Assembly (NCBI RefSeq): GCF_004010195.1
Contig: NC_057716.1
Coordinates: 10,717,618 to 10,780,547 of the forward strand
Direction: 5' to 3'
Length of the DNA stretch: 62,930 bases
From: Chiloscyllium plagiosum
Taxonomy: Eukaryota
The position numbers and the translations under genes are program-made. Positions 51,927 to 62,930 of the stretch are shown here, piece after piece. The notes beneath the pieces were generated by a model that was not told where the DNA came from, ran no database searches, and was given only the letters and a program-made list of their open reading frames with translations. The first letter of the stretch is position 1. Each line of letters opens with the position of its first letter.

Positions 51927-53298
51927 TTAGAAATCCCTCATTCGCCTGAAAGATCCGCTAGTTGAGCTATAGCCTCCCCAGTCACTGTATCTCCTGTATT
52001 CACCGGGCCTCATGAAGTACTGTCGCCCTCTGTAGTTGGGATGTTCATAGAAGATCCAGTAACCGTCCATCACATGGCAGGAGTGAATGTCACGGTAACG
52101 GAAACGATCGTAGACAGATGGACAGTCATCCATGAATTCCATCATCTGTCCTCCAAAGTCAGGCCTCTCGTAAATCCTCATTCTGTAGGACCCTCCTCGG
52201 TACTGGAATAGAGAGAAATGAAACATTTGCGATGCAGGTATGAAAATATCTATAGAACATTTTAAAATTATTGTTGTTGGTTGCTTTTATATTTGTAATC
52301 TGACCAGGGAACCCATTAACCTTTTGTTAAAAATTCACTGTTCAATCATTAACCAGCTATTGACCATTTCTAGATTGTTGTCTAGTTTTGGACAATTCCT
52401 GCTTGGTTATCCAATTGTCATCAATGTATTATTAAATATTTCATAAAATATATTACTGCTACTAAATTATGATCCGGATAGTTTCAGGTTGAAGCCCAAT
52501 TCCAGAAAGCTCTGTTTATATGGAAGCAAGGATTCATTCTCTGAATAATGATTTGACATTCAGCAGGGAACATACGTTTGATGGGAAAGCACACTAAGGC
52601 CTTTAACCCTGTATTACCATTCAATGAGCTCATGGCTGATCTTTGATCAAACTCCACATTCTTGCATTTGTGATATACGCTCTAATACTTTTGGTTCACA
52701 AAACTAACAATCCAATTAACATTAATTAACTTTTGAAGAAGAAAGTTCCAAATTTCTACCACTTCATAGAGGTAACTTGTTTTATTTGCAAAATTTCCTG
52801 TTCTTCCATTAATCATTAAGGAATTCAAATAAAGGGAAGTGGGAAGAATAACTCATCTGAGTTTTTGATCTATTAAACAAACAACAATGAAAATTACCAT
52901 TACAGATACAAATCAATTGATCAGTTTATTTTGCCTATGAGTACAGTGAATTTATGACTCACATATGGGTAAGAGCGACATGACCTGACACAGTCATTGA
53001 ATCCCATCCAGCGCTGGTAGTCAGGATACTCTCCCCTGGTCAGAACATACTGGTATCCCATGTAATTGGGTTTCTCATACAGCACCCACCAGTCACTCTC
53101 AACACGGATGGAGTTACAGCGGCTGAAGTAAGGGGACAGGTCGGCAGAGTCACTGCTGCACTCATAGTGCCGCCCCTGGAAGTTCCTGTCCTCATAGAAG
53201 ATGATCTGTGAGGGAAGAGCATTTAATGAAAAATTTCTATGTTACAACAATTTATTTAACAATGTTGAAAATATCAGACTCTCCTTTACCTTTCCCAT
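51927..53298 (-). CDS. cryg: Gamma-crystallin copy 4, 175 aa; join(53290-53298, 52963-53205, 51927-52202)
   Basis: ATGGGAAAG|GTAAAG; exon 2 ends RSYPY|GTGAGT; exon 3 open to TAA. Private C23S and I/V166S. Confidence 0.95.
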
Positions 53299-53348
53299 TT
53301 TGAGCTCACTTTCAATAAAGCAATGCTTGAATGTGCTCTCACTCTGGG

Positions 53349-53460
53349 TATTTATACACATGAGAGGCCATTGCAGAGACTGCCTTTGTAATTTTAAACA
53401 ATCTCAAGCACAGATCAGCAAAAAAAACAAAAGGTGTCACAAGCACCTTTATTCAGCGCA
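53349..53460 (-). promoter_or_regulatory. Copy 4 proximal promoter (TATA, half-MARE), diverged from copies 1-3
   Basis: TATAAATA at 53349-53356, T-run followed by TGCTGA (tcagca 53415-53420), and the motif cctttattcag near 53445-53456. Confidence 0.6.
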
Positions 53461-55457
53461 TTAGATTGTCGCGGGCTCGTTTTGTTTTAATTTTGTGTCA
53501 TTTTTCCCCTATAGGGGAAAAAAATGCAACAATAAATGAGAGGCCCTAGCCATTCTCAAGTAGAACTCACAAAAACCATTGAACTATGAACTCTGTGGAA
53601 TTGTCATAAACTGGACATCACTTTGTTTTTCCAAACAGGTTCAATGTGGTTGAATGCTTGTCATTTTGCGTAATCTTTAAATCCAGGCAACTATTTCAAA
53701 GTTTGTGGGCTACATCATCTGAAACTATTGTAATTGAATTTCCCATCTCCTCTTTCAAAACACCTGCAGTTGTTGTTTTCTCATCCTGTTTGTCTGATCC
53801 CATGAACTCCTGGCCACCTGCCATCTTCTATCCTTGGTAAATTCCAAATTATTCATAACCCATCTTCCCATGTTATAACTGGCAATAAGTTTTGTCCAGC
53901 TATCACCCTTATTTGCAATGACCTGTACTGGTTCTTTCTTGCAACACCTTAATTTCAAAATTCTAAGTTTGTTTTTCTGTTGCTGTATAAGGCTAGAATC
54001 ACATACTAGTCTTTATTTGGTAGCAAGCTGTTATTTAAAGAAATGCAAAATTTTTGATCTACAATGGTGTTCAAGATTGAGTCAGCAGGCAGGAAAATTG
54101 AGTGAAAGTCACAATTAGATCAGTGTAGCTTTAAACATAACATTGGCAGTACCGACTTGATGGACCGAAGGGCCCTTCTGTTCTTTATGGGTCAATGGTT
54201 CTATGATTAAACAGTTCACCAGACTCTCAGAGTCAAATGATTGACTTCTGCTCCTATTCTTTATGTTCTTACTGTACATATTGTGCATCTGACAAACACA
54301 GTTTCAATCTGCTTCTACAATTACAACACAGATGAGACCCTAATTATTCCCCACTCAAAGACAATGATGAGTGAGAGGAGTGATTGCTGGTTAGTGGAGA
54401 TCAGTAGGATTTTTCTTCACTCTTCTTTCTAATGATGCCATGCAACTTGATGGGGTTCAGAAGCAATGTTGAGAACTAGCAGGGCTACGAGTTTCCGACT
54501 GTGTACCATTGTCCCTCTCCCACTGCAGGGAGGGTGCTGGGGCTATCTGGACCATTGGCTGCATATTTTGATTCTGTAAGTTTGACTGTACATCCGGTTG
54601 TTACTTGACCAGTCTATGAGATTGCCCTCTGAAGAGGACTTTGTTAGTGAGAGGACTTTGCATTGCCAATTGGACAGATTGACCAATCATTATTTCTGGT
54701 GTCTAGGTTGATGATAGATGGTCTGACCAGTTTCTTTGGGTGACTCACTAGGCCACTTCAGAAGGCAGTTATGAATCAAACACAAAAAAGAAAAAGTCAA
54801 CCACATTGTGTCATTTACATACACATGTTGACCAGACTAGCAAAGGGCCATTGATTGCAGAGTAAGTCCTATCATTTTTTCTGCAGTCTACGCAAACAAT
54901 GTAAACATGGTCAGGGCACTGATGAACTAGATTTCATGCTTAGATTGATCCAATAGATTTTATTAATTTAGCTTGAATTCAATTAGTAATTATTGTGTTA
55001 TTTAAACCTCTGTCCTCAAACCATTTCCCAGAACCTTTTGCGTTCCTAGTCCATTAACATATCCACTACACTGGTATCCTCTAACTGACTGGCCAAGGAA
55101 AAGCCAATAGAAGAAGGAAAAGGCAAGCCAGGGATTGTTGTATTGTGTAGAACAATCAGTATGTCAATAAACCTTTCACAGACATGCTCATGACATAATG
55201 ATATAAAGATCCTAAACTCCTTCTTAACTCAGGACCACTTGAAGCATGACATACTACACACGCAAGCTAATCTGTTGGAATTTCACTGCGTGGAACTGGT
55301 GTTGCTAATGACAAGAAAGTTGAGAAAGTATGATGATAAAGAAAATGTCAGAAGCTTGACAATGATAAAAATATTTGCTGCTTTTCACTTAAGCTTTAAA
55401 AAGTGACTTCAGTTACTTCTTTCGCTGCATGTATTTGTATCGTATGGATTGCTCAGC

Positions 55458-55624
55458 TTGCCTCAATTATATTCTGGATCAATGGTGCTGGAAGAGCACA
55501 GCAGTTCAGGCAGCTTTTGCTGAAGCTCCTCGATGCTGCCTGAACTGCTGTGCTCTTCCAGCACCATTGATCCAGAATCTGGTTAAATCCAGCATCTGCA
55601 GTCATTGTTTTTGCCTCAATTATA
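55458..55624. repeat. Penelope-derived foldback: perfect 44-bp inverted repeat with 14-bp TSD
   Basis: Arms 55471-55514 and 55535-55578; TSD ttgcctcaattata at 55458-55471 and 55611-55624. Confidence 0.85.
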
Positions 55625-55690
55625 CACCATTATTGCTGTCAGTCACTAGATGGCACCAATTCCCAACTTGGGTGGTTGCCTGAATGGCTG

Positions 55691-56102
55691 TTGAAAGTTT
55701 CCTGCCTGGATGTAGGCTCACCTTCTGCAACAATGATTTGGAGGTGCCAGTGCTCTCAATGACCTTGCTTTCAAAGAATTAGATTGATGCCAGAGGGTAT
55801 CCATAGGGAGGAGGAGCCCCAACAGTGTCTGACAAAACATCAGAGGCCCCTGGTCCCACCACCTCCCTCCTGTTTGCAATGCCAAAAGTTTGTCACAAAT
55901 CCTTGTTGCAGAGGGGGGAACGCTTGGCTACTGCTGGTGGTGATGAAGAGGCAGCACCTTGAAAGCTAGTGCTTCCAAATAAACCTGTTGGACTGTAACC
56001 TGGTAATGTGTGATATTTAACTTTGTCCATTCCAGTCCAGCACTGGCACCTCCAAATCATTGTTGCAGAAGGTGAGCCTACATCCAGGCAGGAAACTTTC
56101 AA
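55691..56102. repeat. Perfect 64-bp inverted repeat with 284-bp spacer
   Basis: 55691-55754 is the exact reverse complement of 56039-56102. Confidence 0.9.
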
Positions 56103-56469
56103 TTCTTCAGTGCCCTCACCCTGTCAGTGTTGGCCCTCTCAACCCAATTGTAGGATAATTGTTCCTGCAATGAGACAAATGGAAGGATTGTGTCTGATGT
56201 AAGTGGAAGGAAGTGAAGTGAGTGACAAGGCAAGAGCAGGAGAGGTTGGTAAGATGAGGAGGAAGTGCAGAGGACAGCATGGGCTAGTAGCTTGGGAATA
56301 TAAAGTGAGTGAAAGCCATTGACACAATAAATGCAATTGTGGGAGTAGTGGTTGCTGAATCCTAGTGACAGTGCCAGAGTTAGAGTGAGTGTGCCCCTGT
56401 GAGTGTGAGGTAGCAAAATGAATATGGTGGCACTCACCCTTGCAGAGAACAGAAAATACTGATCCTGCT

Positions 56470-56855
56470 TCCATAGGAAGTTGAGAGATAGCCTTATAGA
56501 GGTTTATAAAACCATGAGAGGCATAGATAGGGTTAATGGTAGGTGCCTTTTCCCTATGGTGGGGGATTTTAAGACAAGGGGACACATTTTTAAGGCAAGA
56601 GGAGAGAGATTTTAAAAAGAAATGAGGGACAAATTACTTACACAGGGGTTAGTCTGCATGTGGAATGAACTTCTTGAGGAAGTGGTGGATGCAGGCACAG
56701 TTACATTTAATAGACACTTAGATATGTACACGAATAGGAAAGGTTTTGGAGAGATATGGGCCATGAGCAGGCAGATGGGACTAGTTTAAGTTTTGGAATT
56801 ATGTACAGCATGGACTAGTTGGACTGAAGGGTCTGTTTCTGTGCTGTATGACTGT
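56470..56855 (+). mobile_element. CR1 3' end
   Basis: cttatagaggtttataaaaccatgagagg, tggaatgaacttc and the 3' tail. Confidence 0.8.
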
Positions 56856-56994
56856 GTAGCAATGACCCTGTGAGCTTGAATTGAGACTGCCATACTCAAG
56901 TAATCTCTGATCATCTGAACATATGCAGAAACAAAATGACAGATGTTGGGAAAAAAATGTCAGGTGACTAGAAGTTGCTTGTGGGCCTTTGAGG

Positions 56995-57130
56995 ATAGAG
57001 TCGAAACGTGTGGCTCTGGACAAGCACAGCAGGTCAGGCAGCATCCAATGAGCAGGAGAGTCAGCGATTAGGGGCATGAGCCCCTCATCAGGAATGTGGA
57101 GGGAGGAAAGGGATAAAAGATAAACAGGGA
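56995..57130 (-). mobile_element. Penelope-derived short element
   Basis: aagcacagcaggtcaggcagcatcc...gggcatgagcccctcatcaggaat, a degenerate CUGAUGA motif on -. Confidence 0.65.
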
Positions 57131-57289
57131 GGTTGGGCAATAGCACACAGTTAGGAAAGAGGAATGAGGGCTTTTTCCCACATTTAAATTTTGTTGAATT
57201 GGCTTACAGGCGTCAGAACAGGTTCCATCCTATAGTATTGGAATTGTTCACTTCAACTGAGCAAATGTTGACAGTACAAAACGAGGTGG

Positions 57290-58090
57290 GCATGCAAGCT
57301 GTGAAGAGGACACAAAAAGGCTGAGAAAAGTAGATTGGTGAATTGATTGGGAAACAGAGCGTTAGATGGAGTTTATTGTGGACAAGTGTGAGGTTATTTA
57401 CTTTGGTATTAAGATTGAAAAGCAGAACAGTTTTTTAAAAGATGTGAAACTTTCAAATGCCCACAGAGAATTAGATGTGTTTTGTACCAAAGACGCAGCA
57501 AGTCAACATGCAAGCAATTATGGAAAACGTACAGCATGTTGGCCTGTATTGTAAGGGGATTTTGGAGTACAGGAAAAAGGAAGTCTTTCTTCCAATTTGC
57601 AATGCTTTGATGAGACCACATGCCAAGTACTTTTTGTCCCTATGTCCTCCATGTTTAACAAAAGGATATTCTTGTCTTGGAGGCAATCTTGAAAAAGTAT
57701 TTTATTGGTTCCTGAGATGATGGGGTGTTCCTATGATGAGAAGCTGTGAACATTGAGTCTATACCATCTGGAGTTTAGCAAAAAATAAGCAAATGTTTCG
57801 GAACGGACTTGACAATAGATGCTTCATTCTGGATTAGAGTGGTGTTGGAAAAGCACAGCAGTTCAGGCAGCATCTGAGGAGCAGGGAAATCGACGTTTCA
57901 AGCAAAAGCGCAATAGATGCTTCATTGTTCAGTGCAGGTAAGTTTGAAATGGACAGGATCTTAGTCTCTTAGGAACTAGAGGGATATGGAGCGATGGAAA
58001 ATGGAACTGATGCTGATAATCGATCTTCATTATGTTGAATGGCAGAGTAGGTTTGAGGGACTGTTTAGTCATATGGTCCATTCCTGTTCC
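57290..58090 (+). mobile_element. Degraded CR1 fragment containing a mini-element (57829-57910) with 16-bp TSD
   Basis: MEFIVDKCEVIYFG and ALMRPH; TSD caatagatgcttcatt at 57813-57828 and 57911-57926. Confidence 0.7.
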
Positions 58091-58289
58091 TCCTCAGGTT
58101 AACCTATCAGTACCTTTGAAAAAAATAAATAATGGTGATGCACTGGGATTGAGATGATTGGCTTCTAATATCCACAACAATTTTCCATTGTGCCAGTTAT
58201 GACTCCAACTAACGGATTTCTTTTGTTCATGTTTGGATCCAAGGCTGTCATGAGGACTGATATTGAGAGGCCCTGGTGTAGGCCAAACT

Positions 58290-58427
58290 GTGATGTTGAG
58301 GTGCCAGTATTGGACTGGGGTGGATAAAGTTAAAAATCAGCTACCTGATGAAGGAACAGCGCTTTGAAAGCTAGTACTTTCAAATAAACCTGTTGGACTA
58401 TAACTTGGTATTGTCTGGTTTTTAAGT
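58290..58427. mobile_element. Second-family Penelope-like mini-element with hammerhead-like core
   Basis: cctgatgaaggaacagcgctttgaaagcta at ~58344-58373; flanking direct repeat taggccaaa. Confidence 0.6.
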
Positions 58428-59354
58428 TAGGCCAAAACGAGCATCAGTGAGAAAGTTATTGTTGACTGTCTGTCACTTGATGGCACTGTCACCAAACCTT
58501 CTGGAACTTTGCTGATAATTGAAAGTAGACTAATGCCCTAGTGCAGTCGTATTTGTTGGATTGATGCTGCTTTTTGGGGACAGAACAGAACCTGACAATC
58601 TTCCACATTGCCCAGTACATGTAGTCTAACAGTATGGATAAGGTGCTCAAGCAAAAAAACAGCTGTAATTATACAGTGCCTTTTGCAATCTTCCTGCCTG
58701 CCTCAAGACTATTCACATGCTGTAATGTAGGAAACGGGCGTACTGAAAAATAGCTGGCCCTAACCAAACAGTGGGGATTATCTTTGTCATGTAACATGAT
58801 TCCTTAATCTGTTTAATGAATTACAATCTGCTGAAGTATACTCTTCGGCTTCTGCAGCTTTGGCCAAATTCTCCAGTTGATCTTCCATGCTGTAGTCCTC
58901 AGCTTGTTTCTCTCTTATCATGTCTTGTGCTTTCTCAAGTCCATCTTGTACAAAGGAGCCAGCTTCTGATTCCTTGATCCTACTCTCAATAAATTACAAA
59001 GCATTCTATTTCCTGTTCTGGCTTCCACAGAGCTGACATTCCCATTGGTTGTCTTTCCTCAGGCATTGTCTCCATTCCCTTCAGATCTGCCTTATCTATC
59101 CTGTGATCCAGTAAATCGCAGAGAGTGGCTGGGAACTACTGACATTGCAAGCTCCCAATATTCTAGGCTGCAGCTGTGTTGGTAGAACACAAGACTTTTG
59201 TTAGACAAGCTGTAACACAACAGCCTTAAGAGAGCTGGAGGTGTGCCTTTTGAGGATTTTCTGGCTGCAAAAAGTGTGTTTATAGATCATGTCCAACTGT
59301 AATAATCTTGTGATAATCAGACAATGCTGAGTAAAACATCTCAAGACAACCTCA

Positions 59355-59943
59355 GGGGCATATTTTTAAGGTAAGAGGAGAATGATTTAAAAGGACATAA
59401 GGAGCAACATTTTTATCCCTAGAATGGTGCATTTGTAGATTAGATTAGATTACATTACATTACATTACAGTGTGGAAACAGGCCCTTCGGCCCAACAAGT
59501 CCACAATAACCCGCCGAAGCGCAACCCACCCATACCCCTACATTTACCAGTTACCTAACACTACAGGCAATTTAGCATGGCCAATTTACCTAACCTGCAC
59601 ATCTTTGGACTGTGGGAGGAAACCGGAGCACCCGGAGGATACCCACGCAGACACGGGGAGAACGTGCAAACTCCACACAGTCAGTCGCCTGAGGCGGGAA
59701 TTGATCCCGGGTCTCTGGCGCTGTGAGGCAGCAGTGCTAACCACTGAATGACCTTGCAGGGGAAGTGGTGATGCGAGTACAGTTACAACGTTTAAAATTT
59801 GCATAAATTCATGAACAAGAAAGATTTTGAAGGATACAGGCCAAGTGCAGGCAGATGGGACTAGTTTAGTTTGGGAATATGGTCAGCATGGATTAGTTGG
59901 ACTGAAGGGTCTGTTTCCATGCTGAATGCTGTCTATGACTCTA
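59355..59943 (+). mobile_element. CR1 3' end interrupted by a SINE
   Basis: gggcatatttttaaggtaagaggag...; resumes at 59746 and ends in the CR1 tail. Confidence 0.75.
59436..59746 (-). mobile_element. HE1/V-SINE-type SINE
   Basis: Near-identical to the other copies, with a (tagat)n(tacat)n tail on +. Confidence 0.9.
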
Positions 59944-60187
59944 GGTCTCTAATATTTCCCAGTTTTGTTGGCAGGATCCCTATTCACACATTTTCTATTT
60001 CCCTTCTTTTACATTAATGGTCATCACATTACTGAGGTGATTGTAATGATATATTAGGTACATGACATCTGGATACCAGCTGTAGTGGACCATTTCTGCA
60101 AAGCTCTGAACATATGATCGAGTTGGACAAAATGCCCATGTAATAGAAGATATTTTATTATGTTGACAAATGGTTTATAATGACAGA

Positions 60188-61975
60188 CTAGGAATCCCTC
60201 GTGTGCCTAAAAGATCCAACAGTTGAGCTGTAGCCTCCCCAGTCACTGTATCTCCTGTATCCACCGGGTCTCATGAAGTATTGTCACCCTCTGTAGTTGG
60301 GGTGTTCATAGAAGATCCAGTCACATGGCAGGAGTGGATGTCATGGTAATGAAAACAATTGTAGACAGTTGGACAGTGATCCAGGAATTGCATCATCTGT
60401 CCTCCAAAGTCAGGCCTCTCGTAAATCGTCATTCTGTAGGAACCTCCTCGGTACTACAATAGAGAGAAATGAAACATTTGAGATGCAGGTATGAAAATAT
60501 CTATAGAACACTTTAAAATTATTGTTGTGGGTTGCTTTTATATTAGTAATATGACCAGGGAACCCATTAGCTTTTTGTTAAAAATTCACTGTTCAATCAT
60601 TAACCAGCTATTGACCATCTCTAGATGCTAACAGATTGTTGTCTAGTTTTGGACAATTCCTGCTTGGTTATCTAATTGTCATCAATCTATTATGAAATAT
60701 TTGGTATTGCTTGGTACTGGAATAGAAATGAGATCATATTGGTAAGGAAATAGCAAACCCATGTTTGATAATTACTAAGAGACGGAAATACAATGAGAGA
60801 AAGAATGCAGCAAGACCCAGTTAATGACATTAATAATGGAAGTAAAGCTGATATAATTCATTACCATCAATTCAGTAGGTCAATTATGTTTGAACACCAA
60901 ACAGGCAGCTTCTATTTAATTTTGAACAGTTGATCAGTGAAATGTCTGTGACAGTATGTGTGATTGATGTTAGTTGATCCACACAGAATGAGGCTTATCA
61001 ATATCTGTAAAAATCTAATTGTGACGAGACTTTCTCCAAGTGAGGGCAGCTTTCTCCTTTTTATAATGTATTAAATATTTATAATGAGATGAATGGAATG
61101 TGTACAAATATGTCTGTTAGAAAGGTGTACTCTATCTTAGCCTATCTGTAGTTACCTTACTACTTTCTACACTGTCAAAGCACCAAATTGGCTTTTAGTT
61201 CTGATTATTTGATTAAATACAAAATGATGTATTCTACTGTCTCCCAAACATTCTTGAAAATGTTAAGTATACCACCACCAGTGACCTACCACAAATTTCC
61301 TAGTTTATACAACAATTGATGTAAGAAACTATGCCTGTGGAACTTAACTGCAATTATGAAATTACAAGGGTTGATACTAAATTCTCACAGTGACTGTAAC
61401 ATGTGCTCGGAGATTGGTAAATGAGGTTGGATTTGTAACAGCAGACGATCCGCTACTGTTAATATCACTGCTGCAAGATATAATCAGACCAGTGGGAACA
61501 AGTATTCCTCTTCAGTGCTAATGGGTACAAGCTGTACACAGTAATTTTGAACACAGTAATTTTTTTTTAGTGTCACTCTGGGTAGAAAATGCGAACCACC
61601 AGAAATTTCTCACATTTTAATAGTAGGAGTGACATGACCTGACACAGTCAGTGAATCCCATCCAGCGCTGGTAGTCAGGATACTCTCCCCTGGTCAGAAC
61701 ATACTGGTATCCCATGTAATTGGGTTTCGCATACAGCACCCACCAGTCACTGTCAACACGGATGGAGTTACAGCGGCTGAAGTAAGGGGACAGGTCGGCA
61801 CAGTCACTGCTGCACTCATAGTGCCGCCCCTGGAAGTTCCTGTCCTCGTAAAAGATGATCTGTGAGGAAAAGATGCAGGTTTATTAATTCAGAGTTTTCA
61901 ATTTGGAAATGTCTAATCAATAATCCCAATACAATGTAAAATATAAAACATTTGAGTTATGCTTGCCTTTCCCAT
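60188..61975 (-). pseudogene. cryg: Gamma-crystallin copy 5, probable pseudogene; exons 61967-61975, 61614-61859, 60188-60453
   Basis: Exon 1 donor is GC (AAG|GCAAGC). In-frame TAA at 61617-61619 at the end of exon 2. Exon 3 is 266 nt because 10 nt (taaccgtcca on +) are missing at 60320/60321. CGA>TGA at 60284-60286 and many CpG transitions. Confidence 0.9.
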
Positions 61976-62034
61976 TTCGAGCTCAGAGCTGGTTGAGTAA
62001 GCACCCGAACGTCTCACTGCCTCATGCAGCTTGG

Positions 62035-62042
62035 TATTTATA
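62035..62042 (-). promoter_or_regulatory. TATA box of copy 5
   Basis: TATAAATA about 60 nt upstream of the ATG, as in the other copies. No tcagca half-MARE at the equivalent position. Confidence 0.55.
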
Positions 62043-62599
62043 AGTGAGACTGAAAGGCCTCTCTGGGCTTTACTAATTGTTATTCCAATATCTAAAATGA
62101 TTTGAAGTTAACATAAAAGAAACAAAGTACATGATGCATACACTCATTGTAAAGAAAGCCGTTATAAGGCAAAATCATTTTAAAGCACCTGTGTATCATT
62201 GTTTGTGTTTGCCCTCATGTCATTTTAATTGCTTGAAAGGCAGCAACAATGCATTAGAGCAATGGTGTACTCTGTCCTCTGCTGTCATTAAAATTCTCGA
62301 GCACTTGTCATTTGACCATCATCTAAGTCTGTTTCCAATATTTCAATGCAATGATGGAAATCTACTTCAGAACCTGTCTATAAGATAATGTATGTTTTCA
62401 GAGCAAGTTGCTTTATTTACAGCCCCCTGCACATGTCGTATAACCCCTGGAGTGTTTAGACTCCAGACTGCTGCAAAGGCCATCAACTTTAATACCTGAA
62501 TTTATCTATTTGGTAACATTTCTCCGACAGCATTAACAGGATATTTATTAACATTAATTGCGGCCTATGGACAGTTTCATATTTTAATATGAAACTCGC

Positions 62600-62930
62600 A
62601 TTTTGAGTGCGTGCAGCAGCTGAGTTTAAACAAACCCGGAAGGCTACAGCTAAGGTAAGACAGTTTCTTTTAAAATTACTTACCGGTACGTAATTTTAGG
62701 AAGGCAGCTACAGCACCATGGTGCAGAAGGCCATTCAAGAGGGGGGAGCAAAAAGACAAGTAATTGTTATAGGGGATTCTATAATTAGAGGGACAGATAG
62801 TATCCTATGGAAGCCGGATAGGGAGTCTCGCATGGTGTGTTGCCTGCCCGGTGCCATGGTGCGGGACATCTCCGACCGGCTTGAAAGGATATTGGAGCGG
62901 GAGGGGAAGGATCCAGTTGTTGTGGTCCAC
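62600..62930 (+). mobile_element. CR1 LINE 5' region with ORF1 SGNH esterase domain (runs off the window)
   Basis: RQVIVIGDSIIRGTD...RMVCCLPGAMVRDISDRLERILEREGKDPVVVVH, the GDS motif of CR1 ORF1. Confidence 0.85.

Overview
Eukaryotic vertebrate DNA, very likely from a cartilaginous fish (shark). It carries HE1/V-SINE-type tRNA-derived SINEs and CR1/HER1-type LINEs, and its crystallins resemble shark gamma-crystallin S-1. The window holds a tandem, all-minus-strand cluster of five gamma-crystallin loci with the canonical 3-exon layout (9 + 243 + 276 coding nt, 175 aa). Copies 1-4 look intact. Copy 5 (60188-61975) is disrupted by a GC donor, a TAA at the end of exon 2, and a 10-nt deletion plus a nonsense codon in exon 3, yet its exon 2 is almost pristine. 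Exons are about 95% identical between copies while most intronic and flanking DNA is strongly diverged, which points to exon-level gene conversion. The intergenic DNA is mostly transposon debris: CR1, Rex1/Babar, Tx1, Penelope-like, Gypsy, Harbinger, SINEs and a solo LTR. It also contains many ~100-150 bp Penelope-derived mini-elements with long target-site duplications, hairpins and minimal hammerhead-ribozyme cores. There are two N gaps (29193-29428, 30758-30763). I found no clearly new biological system. The best leads are the half-decayed copy 5, the conversion mosaic, a possible ghost sixth paralog and the ribozyme-bearing mini-elements. All alignments and counts were made by eye.
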